63,874 nucleotides of DNA, filler included, from 5 parts of 5 records of this genome joined end to end with filler, not necessarily neighbours in it, one strand, 5' to 3'. Counted from the first letter of the whole stretch, positions 21,498-32,269 are shown. The notes: generated by a model from the sequence alone, not told the origin. Numbers and translations: made by a program.

Positions 21498-22010
21498 ATG
21501 GCACTTATAAAAGAAGTAAGAGGATTTACACCTAAAATAGGAGAAAATGTGTTTTTAGCTGAAAATGCTACAATAGTAGGTGATGTTGAAATGGGTAATG
21601 ATTGTAGTATTTGGTTTAATGCAGTGTTAAGAGGTGATGTAAATTCAATTAGAATAGGAAATAAAGTAAATATTCAGGATGGTTCTGTGTTACATACCTT
21701 ATATGAGAAATCAACTATTGAAATTGGAGATAATGTATCGATAGGGCATAATGTAACGATTCACGGAGCTAAAATTGAGAATGATGTATTAGTTGGTATT
21801 GGTGCAACAGTTTTGGATCATGCTGTTATTGGTCATAATTCTATTATTGCAGCCAATTCATTGGTTTTAAGCGGAACCATTGTAGAACCAAATAGTGTGT
21901 ATGCTGGAGTTCCTGCAAAAAAGGTAAAGGAAATAGAGCCTGAACAAACCAAAGAAATGATAGAGAAAATTGCCAACAATTATTTAATGTATTCAAGTTG
22001 GTACAAATAA
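21498..22010 (+). CDS. Gamma carbonic anhydrase family (YrdA/PaaY-like) hexapeptide-repeat protein
   Basis: LRGDVN, NIQDG..H, IGHNVTIHG; TAACTTTG -7 element at 21465. Confidence 0.92.
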   Translation: MALIKEVRGFTPKIGENVFLAENATIVGDVEMGNDCSIWFNAVLRGDVNSIRIGNKVNIQDGSVLHTLYEKSTIEIGDNVSIGHNVTIHGAKIENDVLVGIGATVLDHAVIGHNSIIAANSLVLSGTIVEPNSVYAGVPAKKVKEIEPEQTKEMIEKIANNYLMYSSWYK

Positions 22011-22018
22011 TTCTGTAT

Positions 22019-22067
22019 CAGTAACCAGTAACCAGTAACCAGCTCTCACTTATGTATCTGGTTACTG
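22019..22067. repeat. Heptamer (CAGTAAC)x3 plus inverted copy, between convergent genes
   Basis: CAGTAACCAG 22033-22042 pairs with CTGGTTACTG 22058-22067. Confidence 0.8.
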
Positions 22068-22083
22068 TTAATAAGGAAATGGA

Positions 22084-22911
22084 TTATAAATGAATATGCT
22101 TTACTTCAACATTTTCGTCTAAAAAGTAATCTGCCGTTTGTTTAAACTTATCCACGTTTTCTGTTGTATAGAAAGAAACTTCACCATTTTTACTACACTT
22201 TTCATCCATTTCTGGATGACGCTTTAAATAATCGATTAAACTGGCAGCGACTACATTCCCCTGTTCTAATATTTGACAGTGATCAGGTAAGTAATCTTTT
22301 ATCTTATTCTTGAGCAAAGGATAATGGGTGCAACCAAGAATAATGGTGTCAATATCCTGATCCTGTTGAAGTAGTCGGTTAATATGTTGCTTAATGAAAT
22401 AATCTGCGCCATCAGAATGGGCTTCACCGTTTTCAACCAAAGGAACCCACATTGGGCAAGCTTCCTGATAAACATGTATGTTTTTAGATTGTTTTTCCAG
22501 TTCCATTGGATAGGAAAGGGATTGCACGGTACCTACTGTTCCCAATACACCAACTTTATTGGTTTTTGTATATTGAGGTACTACTTCAACCGATGGTCGT
22601 ATTACACCTAATACTCTTTTGTTGGGATCAATAAGTGGAAGATCTTTCTGCTGGATAGTCCTTAATGCTTTAGCCGATGCAGTATTGCAAGCCAGTATAA
22701 TCAAATGCACACCCATATCAAACAGTTTTTTAACGGCTTGCAATGTGTATTCATATACCACTTCAAAAGAACGCGTACCATATGGAGTACGGGCATTGTC
22801 GCCTAAATACAAAAAATCGTAATCGGGCATTTCTTTTCTTAAGCGATCTAACACAGTTAAGCCGCCATATCCCGAATCAAAAACAGCAATTGGACCTGGA
22901 CTTTTATGCAT
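22084..22911 (-). CDS. murI: Glutamate racemase
   Basis: FDSGYGGLTV, ACNTAS, LGCTHYP. Confidence 0.97.
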   Translation of the reverse strand: MHKSPGPIAVFDSGYGGLTVLDRLRKEMPDYDFLYLGDNARTPYGTRSFEVVYEYTLQAVKKLFDMGVHLIILACNTASAKALRTIQQKDLPLIDPNKRVLGVIRPSVEVVPQYTKTNKVGVLGTVGTVQSLSYPMELEKQSKNIHVYQEACPMWVPLVENGEAHSDGADYFIKQHINRLLQQDQDIDTIILGCTHYPLLKNKIKDYLPDHCQILEQGNVVAASLIDYLKRHPEMDEKCSKNGEVSFYTTENVDKFKQTADYFLDENVEVKHIHL

Positions 22912-22922
22912 AATGATAAAAT

Positions 22923-22952
22923 AAAAAAGGATAGCTGAATTTAGCTATCCTT
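22923..22952 (-). terminator. Intrinsic terminator after the skp cluster
   Basis: AAGGATAGCT-N6-AGCTATCCTT preceded by an A-run on the + strand. Confidence 0.8.
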
Positions 22953-22976
22953 CAAATATATATTTTTTACAAGAGT

Positions 22977-23495
22977 TTATTCTGCACTTGCAGCTAATTT
23001 AGCTTTTACCAATTCAGCAACGTCAGTACTTTTTTCAGAATGGTAAATCACAACTCTGGAGCTGATGTCGAAAATGTAAATAAAACCGTTTTCAGCACCT
23101 ACTTCATCAATAGCTTTTTGTACCTTTTCAATAATAGGTTGAAGTAATTTTTGCTCTTGTTGTTGTAGGTTTTGTTGTGCTAACATTTGAAAATTCTGCA
23201 AACGCTGGCTGATTTCCTGAATTTCTTTTTCTTTAGTAGCTCTGATAAGTTCTGGTAAAGTATCTCTTTTTTCCATATAGTCGGTATACTTAGTATCCAA
23301 CTCCTCGTTCATTACTTTAAGGTTTTGCTCTAATTTTTGAGCTTCATCCTGAAGTTTCTTATCTGCAGCTAATTTGTCTGGTAATTGAGATACTAATTCC
23401 TGAATATTTACGTGACCAAACTTTAAATCCTGTGCAAAAGCATTTACACTAAAAGCTACAGCTACAACAACTAATAGTAATTTTATTGATTTCAT
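22977..23495 (-). CDS. skp: OmpH/Skp periplasmic chaperone (copy 3)
   Basis: Signal peptide, KFGHVN, long coiled coil, GFIYIFD...DV..VK. Confidence 0.9.
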   Translation of the reverse strand: MKSIKLLLVVVAVAFSVNAFAQDLKFGHVNIQELVSQLPDKLAADKKLQDEAQKLEQNLKVMNEELDTKYTDYMEKRDTLPELIRATKEKEIQEISQRLQNFQMLAQQNLQQQEQKLLQPIIEKVQKAIDEVGAENGFIYIFDISSRVVIYHSEKSTDVAELVKAKLAASAE

Positions 23496-23583
23496 ACGTT
23501 TATAGTTTTATTTTTTGGTATTATGCAATTTTTATGAAGGAAATAATTGCATAAAATCTTGTTAAATCTTTATTATTATCTGC

Positions 23584-24114
23584 TTACTGAATTCCTAATT
23601 TTGCTTTTACTAAATCAGATACATCAATACTTTTTTCTGACTTGTAAACGGCTAATCCACCCACTTCTTCAAAAATATATAAAAAACCGTTTTCGGCACC
23701 TACCTCCTGTATAGCCTTGGTTAATTTATCAAAAATAGGTTGCTTTAATTCTTGTTCTTTTTGTTGCAAGCTACTTTGCGATTGCTGGTAAAAGTTTTGA
23801 ACCTTTGCATTTCCTTCCTGTAACTGTGTTTCCAGATTAGCTCTTTCATCAGGTGTAATATTACCTGATTGCACTTTGGCAACGTAATCTTGTTGCATTT
23901 GTTGCAGGCTTTCCTGCATATCTGTTAACTGAGCTTCAAGTTTATTATATTCTCCTTGTAATTGTTCATCTACTGTTTTTAGTTCAGGCATAACAGTTAA
24001 GATGGCCTGTGAGTTAACGTGACCAAATTTAAGAGGAGACTGGGCAGATAGACCAATACATGCTAGTAAGGCTATTCCCAAAAATAATTGTTTTATCATA
24101 TTCATATTGTACAT
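23584..24114 (-). CDS. skp: OmpH/Skp periplasmic chaperone (copy 2)
   Basis: KFGHVN, Gln-rich coiled coil, GFLYIFE...DVSDLVKAKLG. Confidence 0.9.
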   Translation of the reverse strand: MYNMNMIKQLFLGIALLACIGLSAQSPLKFGHVNSQAILTVMPELKTVDEQLQGEYNKLEAQLTDMQESLQQMQQDYVAKVQSGNITPDERANLETQLQEGNAKVQNFYQQSQSSLQQKEQELKQPIFDKLTKAIQEVGAENGFLYIFEEVGGLAVYKSEKSIDVSDLVKAKLGIQ

Positions 24115-24153
24115 ATTAAAATGCTAATGATATCCAAAGATACCAATCACTAT

Positions 24154-24666
24154 CTATTGCTTATATCCTAATTTTTCCAGCACATCGTCGCTAACATCAA
24201 TTTTGGGATCTGTAAATAAAACTACACCTCCCGATGCTTTATCAAATATAGCGGCATAACCTTCATCCTCAACCAGCTCTCGAATGGCATTATAAATATC
24301 ATCCTGAATAGGCTTGATGAGTGCTTCACGTTTTTTACCCAGCTCTCCCTCAGGGCCAAAATATTTAGTTTGCAACTGGCGAGCTTGTTTTTCTTTAGCT
24401 ACAATTTCTTCCTCTTTTTTAATCTTCATCTCATTGGAAAGAAACACACTCTCCGTTTGGTAATTCTGGTACATAGTTTCCACTTCGGCGTAAACAGCTT
24501 CAATTTCTTTTTGCCATTTTTCAGAAACCTGAGCCAGTTGGTCATTTGCTGCTTCAAAAGCCGGAATATTTTTTAAAATATATTCCGTATCTACAAAAGC
24601 ATACTTCTGCGCATGCGCTACAAAAGCCAAAGCCAGTAATATGGTTATTGTAAGTAACTTTCTCAT
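24154..24666 (-). CDS. skp: OmpH/Skp periplasmic chaperone (copy 1)
   Basis: KYAFVDTEYIL, YFGPEGEL, DVSDDVL; directly downstream of bamA. Confidence 0.92.
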   Translation of the reverse strand: MRKLLTITILLALAFVAHAQKYAFVDTEYILKNIPAFEAANDQLAQVSEKWQKEIEAVYAEVETMYQNYQTESVFLSNEMKIKKEEEIVAKEKQARQLQTKYFGPEGELGKKREALIKPIQDDIYNAIRELVEDEGYAAIFDKASGGVVLFTDPKIDVSDDVLEKLGYKQ

Positions 24667-24729
24667 TTTCTTTCTATTTGGTTATATAAAATGTGATATC
24701 GTTTCAAATATCTCAAAAATCAAACCATT

Positions 24730-27351
24730 TTAAAATTGTTGCCCAATTACAAAGTGGAATTGACTTCCATTGGCTGTTGGATAATTGTATACTTCATCAA
24801 ATCCATAACCCCAATCAATACCCATCAATCCAAATATAGGTAAGAATATTCTTACACCTACTCCGGCAGAACGTTTTAAATCAAACGGGCTGTAATCTTT
24901 AAAATCACTCCAGGCGTTACCTGCTTCAAGGAATGCTAAAGCATATACCTGTGCTGAAGGTTGAAGCGTTAATGGATAACGCATTTCAAATGTAAGTTTG
25001 TTGTACATGTTACCATCGTAATTTCCAGTTGCACTACGTGGAGTTAACGAAGAGTTTTCGTAACCCCTTAAACCAACTGTTTGGCTACCGTACATGCTGT
25101 ATCCAGACATTCCATCACCACCTAACATAAACTTCTCGTAAGGAGAACGTACATACTCGTTATAATAGCCAAGGAAGCCCATTTCGTATTTACCCATGAT
25201 GACTAACTTTTCAGCTTTATCAAGAGGTGTATAAATAGCTCCCTGAGTCGTCCATTTATGGTACTCAATATAGTCGTATAATTGCTCCTGCGCTTTTTTA
25301 TAATCGTCATTCGTCGCATCTTCAACCTGTCCGTTCACGTACTGATATAATTTTTTATAATCTTTATCCAGCCATAATGAATATGGAGGTGTAAATTCAA
25401 CACCTACAGAGAAGTTCGACCCTCTACGTGTATACAGTGGATTATCGATAGAATTACGGGATAGAATAAACTTAAAGTGTAAGTTCTGAGAAACACCATT
25501 CTGCATGATAAAGTATCTCCAATCCTTTAAATCGTAATGTTGGTAGCTAATTTCAGAATAAATAGAAAACCAGTCATCAGGCCATGTTAATCGCTTACCA
25601 AAACCAACAGAGATGCCGGAAATTTTCATATGTTGATCTATCTGGGATTCATCATAACTGTAGTTGCCATAATAACTGCTTCCGTAGCTGCTGCCATATC
25701 CTAAACCGCTATATCCATAGTAGTTGTTGTAGTAACTGTCAGACACGCTAGATTGTATAGATCTATAGGCAGATACCGTTAATGAATTAGGTCTTTTACC
25801 ACCTAACCAAGGTTCTGTAAATGATATACTATAGGATTGATAAAATTTACCATTGGTTTGTGCGCGTAATGAAAGTGTTTGTCCATCACCTGTTGGCAAT
25901 GGTCTCCAAGCCTCTTTGTTAAAGATATTTCTTACAGAGAAATTAGAGAATTTAAGCCCCAGGGAACCTACAAACATACCGGCTCCCCAACCACCTGATA
26001 ATTCAATCTGGTCATTGGCTTTTTCTTCCAGGTTATAAACTAAATCAACGGTACCATCTTCTGCGTTAGGCTGAACGTCCGGCTGGATATTTTCAGGGTT
26101 AAAATGCCCTAATTGCGATAACTCGCGAATAGTACGAATTAACTCCGATTTACTAAACAGCTGCCCTGGTTTTGTTCTAACCTCACGACGAACAACGTGC
26201 TCGTGTGTTTTGGTATTACCATTGATAATTATATTGCTGATGGTAGCTTGTTTTCCTTCGTAAATTCGCATTTCAAGGTCGATGGTATCACCATAAATAT
26301 TTACCTCAACAGGTTGGATGTTGGAGAATAAATAACCATTGTTCATATATAAGTTATGAACCGCATCATCATCCTGAAATAATCTTTCGTCCAATAACTT
26401 TTGATTAAACACATCTCCTTTTTGAAGACGAAGCACAGCACTTAAATACTCTCCCGGATAAATACTATTACCAATCCAACTGATATCACCTAAATAATAT
26501 TTGTTACCTTCTTCAATATCAATTTTAATATTTACGGTATTATCATCATTTCTGTGAATAGAATCGTAATTAAACACCATATCACGATAACCGAACTCAT
26601 TATACTTATCGATAACAGCAATTAAATCTTCTTCATATGTTTCGTCGATAAACTTTTTAGTTCTGAAAAAGTTTCTGATTTTACCTTTTTCGTTAGTCTT
26701 TTTCATCAAGCGGTTTAGCTTACCATCTTTAAAGACTGTATTTCCTGTAAGTTCAAGGGACTTAACTTTAACTTTTTCTTTTTTATCAATAGTTATATCC
26801 AGATATACATGATTTACCTTTGTTGTATCATCTTTTTGAACAATACGAACTTCTGTATTATAGAATCCTTTTCCAACAAAATATTCGGTAATATATTTTT
26901 CTGATCTGGAGATAAGATAAGGTGTTACCTGACCACCTTTCATCATAGCAACTTTTTCATCTATGGTTTCAATCTCCGATTTTTTTAAACCATAATAGTT
27001 TATTTCAGAAAGACGAGGACGTTCCTGAAGTTCTATATTAATCCAGATTTTTCCGGATTCAATTTTAGCTGCCTTAACTTTAACATCGGAAAAAAGTCCA
27101 TGTTCCCAGTACTTCCTAATTGCTTCAGAAATTTCTTCTCCCGGAACATTGATTTTTTGTCCAACTCTTAAACCGGACAAATTAACCAATATCTTAGGAT
27201 CGTAATTTTGAATCCCGCTTACGTTAATTTCAGCTATTTCGTATGTGCGTGGGGAGCCTGAATAACTGATATTTGGCAAATTATCTTGCCCATAAGCATT
27301 CGTCAATATTGAGAGTGTGATGATGCAAAGAAGTGTAAAATACTTGAACAT
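24730..27351 (-). CDS. bamA: Outer membrane protein assembly factor BamA
   Basis: POTRA repeats, GLRGYE, SAGVGVR, C-terminal FHFVIGQQF. Confidence 0.96.
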   Translation of the reverse strand: MFKYFTLLCIITLSILTNAYGQDNLPNISYSGSPRTYEIAEINVSGIQNYDPKILVNLSGLRVGQKINVPGEEISEAIRKYWEHGLFSDVKVKAAKIESGKIWINIELQERPRLSEINYYGLKKSEIETIDEKVAMMKGGQVTPYLISRSEKYITEYFVGKGFYNTEVRIVQKDDTTKVNHVYLDITIDKKEKVKVKSLELTGNTVFKDGKLNRLMKKTNEKGKIRNFFRTKKFIDETYEEDLIAVIDKYNEFGYRDMVFNYDSIHRNDDNTVNIKIDIEEGNKYYLGDISWIGNSIYPGEYLSAVLRLQKGDVFNQKLLDERLFQDDDAVHNLYMNNGYLFSNIQPVEVNIYGDTIDLEMRIYEGKQATISNIIINGNTKTHEHVVRREVRTKPGQLFSKSELIRTIRELSQLGHFNPENIQPDVQPNAEDGTVDLVYNLEEKANDQIELSGGWGAGMFVGSLGLKFSNFSVRNIFNKEAWRPLPTGDGQTLSLRAQTNGKFYQSYSISFTEPWLGGKRPNSLTVSAYRSIQSSVSDSYYNNYYGYSGLGYGSSYGSSYYGNYSYDESQIDQHMKISGISVGFGKRLTWPDDWFSIYSEISYQHYDLKDWRYFIMQNGVSQNLHFKFILSRNSIDNPLYTRRGSNFSVGVEFTPPYSLWLDKDYKKLYQYVNGQVEDATNDDYKKAQEQLYDYIEYHKWTTQGAIYTPLDKAEKLVIMGKYEMGFLGYYNEYVRSPYEKFMLGGDGMSGYSMYGSQTVGLRGYENSSLTPRSATGNYDGNMYNKLTFEMRYPLTLQPSAQVYALAFLEAGNAWSDFKDYSPFDLKRSAGVGVRIFLPIFGLMGIDWGYGFDEVYNYPTANGSQFHFVIGQQF

Positions 27352-27369
27352 TATATTGAGTCTATTTTT

Positions 27370-28113
27370 TTAATTGGTTAATTGTTCGCTGGTTTTACCA
27401 AAACGTCTTTCTCTGTTTTGGTAATCGAATAAAGCGTCGTAAAAATCTTGTTTTTGGAAATCCGGCCATAAAATATCGCTAAAGTATAATTCAGCGTAAG
27501 CTAACTGCCATAAAAGGAAATTGCTAATTCTAAGTTCACCACTGGTTCTGATCATTAATTCCGGATCTGGAATGTTAGCCGTAGTTAAGTGATTAGAAAT
27601 AATATCAACATTGATTTCATCCGGTTGCAGTTCGTTATTTTTTACTTTCTCTGCAATTTTCTGAACAGCGTCTGTAATTTCCCAGCGTGAACTGTAGCTT
27701 AATGCAAGATTTAATGTAAGACCGGTATTTTGAGAAGTGTTATCAATACATTCCATTAATTTTCTACGAACGTCTTTAGGCAAGTTATCTACACAACCAA
27801 TTACACCCAGACGAACATTGTTTTTCATTAATGTTTTGGTTTCGGAACTAATTGTAGAAACGAGTAAAGACATTAATGCATCAACCTCTAACTTAGGTCG
27901 GTTCCAGTTTTCGGTAGAAAAGGCATACAGTGTTACATACCCAATACCCAACTCAGCAGCTGCTTCCGTAACAGCTCTTACTGCTTTAACACCATTTTTG
28001 TGTCCGAAAACCCTTGAATTTCCTCTTTTTTTTGCCCACCTGCCATTGCCATCCATAATAATGGCCACATGTTGTGGTAATCTTTCTTTTATCAGTTTAT
28101 CCTTTACTGACAT
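27370..28113 (-). CDS. uppS: Undecaprenyl diphosphate synthase (isoprenyl transferase)
   Basis: HVAIIMDGNGRWA, AFSTENW, RTSGELRISNFLLWQ, RERRFG. Confidence 0.97.
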   Translation of the reverse strand: MSVKDKLIKERLPQHVAIIMDGNGRWAKKRGNSRVFGHKNGVKAVRAVTEAAAELGIGYVTLYAFSTENWNRPKLEVDALMSLLVSTISSETKTLMKNNVRLGVIGCVDNLPKDVRRKLMECIDNTSQNTGLTLNLALSYSSRWEITDAVQKIAEKVKNNELQPDEINVDIISNHLTTANIPDPELMIRTSGELRISNFLLWQLAYAELYFSDILWPDFQKQDFYDALFDYQNRERRFGKTSEQLTN

Positions 28114-28130
28114 ATTTTTTGTCTTTGCCT

Positions 28131-28880
28131 TTAAAAACCTCCATTACAATCTGATTTTTTTCTAAACAAGCTAAATGTAACCATCACACTTGCTATAGAA
28201 TATAAATCAGTGTTGTGGATCTTTCCATCGTTGTTAAAACCATAAGGATCAGATGCGTCAACCGGTAAATTGTGGCCTACCACATCTAAATCATCTACAA
28301 AAGTTTTTCTAAAACTCCACTCTGCTCCAATCCTTATCCAATTGTTTACTTTATACTTGGCGCCCACACCGAATGGCAAAGATAATATAAAAACCGTTTG
28401 TTCAGAGTTATTTTCATCTTCAACGGAAAATCTTTTATAAATAGTTGTACCTAAGCCTAATGAAATGTACGGCGTAAATTTAGTATCGCTTATAAATTGA
28501 TGATCATACGATGCAAAATTAAACTCCATTTGAACAGTTCCATCAACCACTGAACGGTTGAAATTATATATAGCCTCCTCGTTAGGAAAAAGAACACCTT
28601 TACTTGGATAAGCACCTTTAAATTTGGCTAAACCCAATGTTCCTTTTACAGCATATCTGTCGGTTAACATATATCTGGCCACGCCACCAACGGATAAACC
28701 AGGTTTATAAAACTGCTTCTGTGGATTTATATCACCTAAATAATACGATGGACCAATAAATCCGCCAATTTCTACTTTATGCTGAGCCTTGCCAAAATTA
28801 ATAGCAATAAACAGGCCTGCAAAAATACTAAGGTGCTTTAACCCAACTTTAACGTTTAACTTTCTTAATAATAAATACAT
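28131..28880 (-). CDS. DUF6089 / PorG-like outer-membrane beta-barrel protein
   Basis: SYYLGDIN, PFGVGAKYK, FVDDLD motifs; position upstream of uppS. Confidence 0.7.
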   Translation of the reverse strand: MYLLLRKLNVKVGLKHLSIFAGLFIAINFGKAQHKVEIGGFIGPSYYLGDINPQKQFYKPGLSVGGVARYMLTDRYAVKGTLGLAKFKGAYPSKGVLFPNEEAIYNFNRSVVDGTVQMEFNFASYDHQFISDTKFTPYISLGLGTTIYKRFSVEDENNSEQTVFILSLPFGVGAKYKVNNWIRIGAEWSFRKTFVDDLDVVGHNLPVDASDPYGFNNDGKIHNTDLYSIASVMVTFSLFRKKSDCNGGF

Positions 28881-29135
28881 GCTTTAATAAACCTTTTTGG
28901 TTGTAACCTAATTTTTCTCAAAGCGAGACAAATGTAATATTTATATGCTAATAATAAAGGCTATATAATTGCCATTCATCAAAGGGTTTTATGATAGTAT
29001 AACCCTATTATTTACTTTTTATTGTCAATGGTTTTATGATTTGAAGCACTTATTTAAGAGAAAATTTATTGCAGATGTCATTTTTTTTAATGGCTTTGAA
29101 AACTAAATTTGAACAAACAATAAACTGGACATATT

Positions 29136-29909
29136 ATGTACGGAGATTTTCAAGAATATCTACAAGAGGAACTTGATCTTATTAAAGAATCAGGTTTATA
29201 TAAAAATGAAAGAATTATTACATCAGCACAAGGGGCAGAAATACAAGTGAGTACCGGAAAAAAGGTACTTAATTTTTGTGCCAATAATTATTTAGGTTTA
29301 TCGTCTCATCCAAGGGTTGTAAAAGCGGCTCAGGTGGCTATGGATACGCACGGTTACGGGATGTCTTCAGTGCGTTTTATATGTGGTACCCAAGATATTC
29401 ATAAGCAATTGGAACAGAAGATTGCCAATTTTCTTGGAACAGAGGATACTATATTGTATGCGGCTTGTTTTGATGCTAATGGGGGTGTTTTTGAGCCTTT
29501 GTTTTCTGCTGAAGATGCCATCATTTCTGATGAATTAAATCATGCTTCGATTATTGATGGTGTTAGATTGTGTAAGGCTGCTCGTTACAGGTATAAACAT
29601 GCCGATATGAATGATCTGGAAGAGCAACTTAAAAAAGCCCAGGATCAACGTTTTCGTATTATTGTAACCGATGGCGTTTTTTCGATGGATGGAGATATTG
29701 CCAAGTTGAATCAAATCTGCGATTTAGCCGAAAAATATAATAGTATGGTTATGGTAGATGACAGTCACGCTTCCGGTTTTATCGGCGAAAGGGGTAGAGG
29801 TACCCACGAGTATCATCAGGTGATGGATAGAGTCGATATTATTACCAGTACTTTAGGAAAAGCATTGGGTGGAGCATTAGGTGGTTTTACTACTGGTAAA
29901 AAAGAAATT
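29136..29909 (+). CDS. kbl: Glycine C-acetyltransferase (2-amino-3-ketobutyrate CoA ligase), 3' truncated
   Basis: [35 protein letters not shown] (PLP Lys). Confidence 0.95.
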
Positions 29910-30009
29910 NNNNNNNNNNNNNNNNNNNNNNNNNNNNNNNNNNNNNNNNNNNNTTAATTAATTAANNNNNNNNNNNNNNNNNNNNNNNNNNNNNNNNNNN
30001 NNNNNNNNN
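29910..30009. other. Artificial contig spacer
   Basis: N-run + TTAATTAATTAA (stops in all frames) + N-run, 100 nt; GC content and gene style change across it. Confidence 0.97.
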
Positions 30010-31917
30010 CGAACCCCCATGAATGCCGTCATCGGCATGACCGATTTGTTACTGGACACTGAACTGGACACCGAGCAGCGGGAGTATGCCGAGACCGTGA
30101 AAAGCGCCGCAAACGGTCTGCTCACTTTGATCAACGATATCCTTGATTTTTCAAAGATAGAATCGGGTAAGCTGGAATTCGAGGAAATCGGGTTTGACCT
30201 CCGTTATGTGGTTGAAGGGGTGGGCGAAATGATGGCGCCCAATGCCCAGGCCAAACGGATTGAATTTACGTGTTTTGTGGATCCCTATTGTGAAGTGAGG
30301 CTGCGGGGCGATCCCGAACGGTTGCGGCAGATCCTGGTGAACCTGTCCGGGAACGCCGTCAAATTTACGGAGAAAGGTAATGTGGATATCCATGCGGCAA
30401 TGGTGCGGGACGAGGATAACCGGGTCCTCATTCGATTCGCCATATCCGACACCGGCATCGGTATTCCGGAAAATCGTCAGGCGGCTGTTTTCGGCAGTTT
30501 TACCCAGGTGGACGGCAGTACCACGCGTCGGTTTGGGGGTACCGGCCTCGGTTTGAGTATTTCAAGGCGGTTGGTGGAATTGATGGGTGGCCGTATGGGC
30601 CTGGAGAGTGAAGAGGGGAAGGGGAGTACCTTCTGGTTCACCATCCCTTTCGGTAAACAGGAAAAGCGTCAAAAACTCCCCATGCAAACCCGTCAAAGCG
30701 TCAGGGGGAGTCATATCCTTATCGTTGACGATAATGCCACCAATCGCACCATCCTGAATAAAACCCTGGTCTCATTCGGGTGTTTTCCGGAAGAGGTTGA
30801 AAGTGGAGAAGAGGCTCTGGCACTCTTGAATCTGAGAATGACGGAGGGTCGTCCCTTCGATGCCATTCTGCTGGATCATCAGATGCCCGAAATGGATGGT
30901 GAAGATGTGGCCCGTGCCGTCCGATCCCATCCCGACAATGATAATACCCGAATATTGATCCTGACTTCAGTGGGTGAACGGGGAGACGCGCGGAGATTCA
31001 AGGAACTGGGTTGTGCCGCCTATCTGACCAAGCCGGTCCGCCAATCCCAGCTTCTGGATGCTTTGGCTGAAACCCTGGTAGACCCCGATGCCGAGGAAGG
31101 TATCGAACGGAAAGGGAGCGAAACGGAGATCATCACCCGGCACAGCCTGGGAGAGGATACCCTGGAAAAGGCGCGGTTGCTGGTGGCGGAGGATAATCTG
31201 GTGAACCAGAAAGTCGCGCTGCGCATACTTGAAAAAGCCGGACACAGTGTCCATGTGGCCGGTGATGGCATTGAGGCGGTTGCAGCACTTAAAAATGCTT
31301 CTTATGATATGGTGTTTATGGATATTCAGATGCCCAAGATGGATGGATATGAAGCGACCGCAGCCATCAGGAAGATGGCGCCGGAGTGCAGTGAACTGCC
31401 GGTTATCGCCATGACGGCACATGCCATGAAGGGTGATCGGGAAAAATGTATTGCATCCGGCATGGACGACTACATTTCCAAACCGGTGAAGCCCAAAGGA
31501 TTGCTGGAAATGGTTCAGCGTTGGGCCGGGAAGAAGGTTCTCAGACCCACTGTGGGGGTGGAACCTTATCCGTCCGGTCCCGATTTGCCAGTGGACTTAA
31601 GGCGGTTGGAAGATTTATCCGGAGGAGATAAGGATTTTGAACGGGAAATTATCGATCTTTTCCTGAAAGACACGTCGCGTCATTTAACCCGGCTGGAAGC
31701 GGCCGTCAAAGACGCGGATTCATCAAGTGTGGAAGCGTTGGCCCATTCCATCAAGGGTGCGGCCGCGAATATGGGCGCCGAAAAGTTCCGAAAATTGGCT
31801 CAGGGGCTTGAATTAAAAGGAAAATCCGGCGCCCTCCACGGTGCCGTTGAAGATTTCGTTCATTTGATGTCGGCTTTTGAGGAAGTGGAACGGTTTTTTG
31901 AGGAAAATGGCGGATAA
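30010..31917 (+). CDS. Hybrid sensor histidine kinase (HisKA-HATPase-REC-REC-HPt), 5' truncated
   Basis: Begins in the H-box (RTPMNAVIG), GGTGLGL, two receiver domains (LLDHQMPEMDG, FMDIQMPKMDG), HPt AHSIKGAA. Confidence 0.93.
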   Translation, partial: RTPMNAVIGMTDLLLDTELDTEQREYAETVKSAANGLLTLINDILDFSKIESGKLEFEEIGFDLRYVVEGVGEMMAPNAQAKRIEFTCFVDPYCEVRLRGDPERLRQILVNLSGNAVKFTEKGNVDIHAAMVRDEDNRVLIRFAISDTGIGIPENRQAAVFGSFTQVDGSTTRRFGGTGLGLSISRRLVELMGGRMGLESEEGKGSTFWFTIPFGKQEKRQKLPMQTRQSVRGSHILIVDDNATNRTILNKTLVSFGCFPEEVESGEEALALLNLRMTEGRPFDAILLDHQMPEMDGEDVARAVRSHPDNDNTRILILTSVGERGDARRFKELGCAAYLTKPVRQSQLLDALAETLVDPDAEEGIERKGSETEIITRHSLGEDTLEKARLLVAEDNLVNQKVALRILEKAGHSVHVAGDGIEAVAALKNASYDMVFMDIQMPKMDGYEATAAIRKMAPECSELPVIAMTAHAMKGDREKCIASGMDDYISKPVKPKGLLEMVQRWAGKKVLRPTVGVEPYPSGPDLPVDLRRLEDLSGGDKDFEREIIDLFLKDTSRHLTRLEAAVKDADSSSVEALAHSIKGAAANMGAEKFRKLAQGLELKGKSGALHGAVEDFVHLMSAFEEVERFFEENGG

Positions 31918-32201
31918 AATGTGTGGCATTTCGGCGCTGCGTGGCTTTCCGTACCATGATACAACCCTGTATCATGTTTTAATGTGGTTCATTTTATGAA
32001 TCCCGAAATTTTTGTCAGCTCTTTGAAATTGCACGGAATATCCTAACGATCCACCCGTTACGCTTTTTCCCGGGTTATGAGACGCTTCTGTCCCGGGATA
32101 CCGTTTGATCCGTTGCCCTTTTTGGGGTAGTTCAACGGATGAAAATGTGCAAATGCTTGAAAATCTTTTGGTTTTCGTCAATGTCTGATCAAAGGACGGC
32201 T

Positions 32202-32218
32202 TTGGTATGAAACCTGCT
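32202..32218 (+). promoter_or_regulatory. Putative sigma-54 (-24/-12) promoter
   Basis: TTGGTATGAAACCTGCT: GG-N10-GC, about 50 nt upstream of the ferredoxin start. Confidence 0.6.
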
Positions 32219-32269
32219 TTAACCCTATTGCGCGTCAGGTTAATGTACAAAAAGGGCCGGAGTTATCCC

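Noticed and set aside
25660-25745. Tyr/Gly/Ser low-complexity tract in Bacteroidota BamA
   Set aside because: In-frame surface-loop insertion of a kind common in Bacteroidota BamA
29954-29965. Recurrent TTAATTAATTAA motif (four copies)
   Set aside because: Always embedded in N-runs; a synthetic all-frame-stop linker, not a biological repeat
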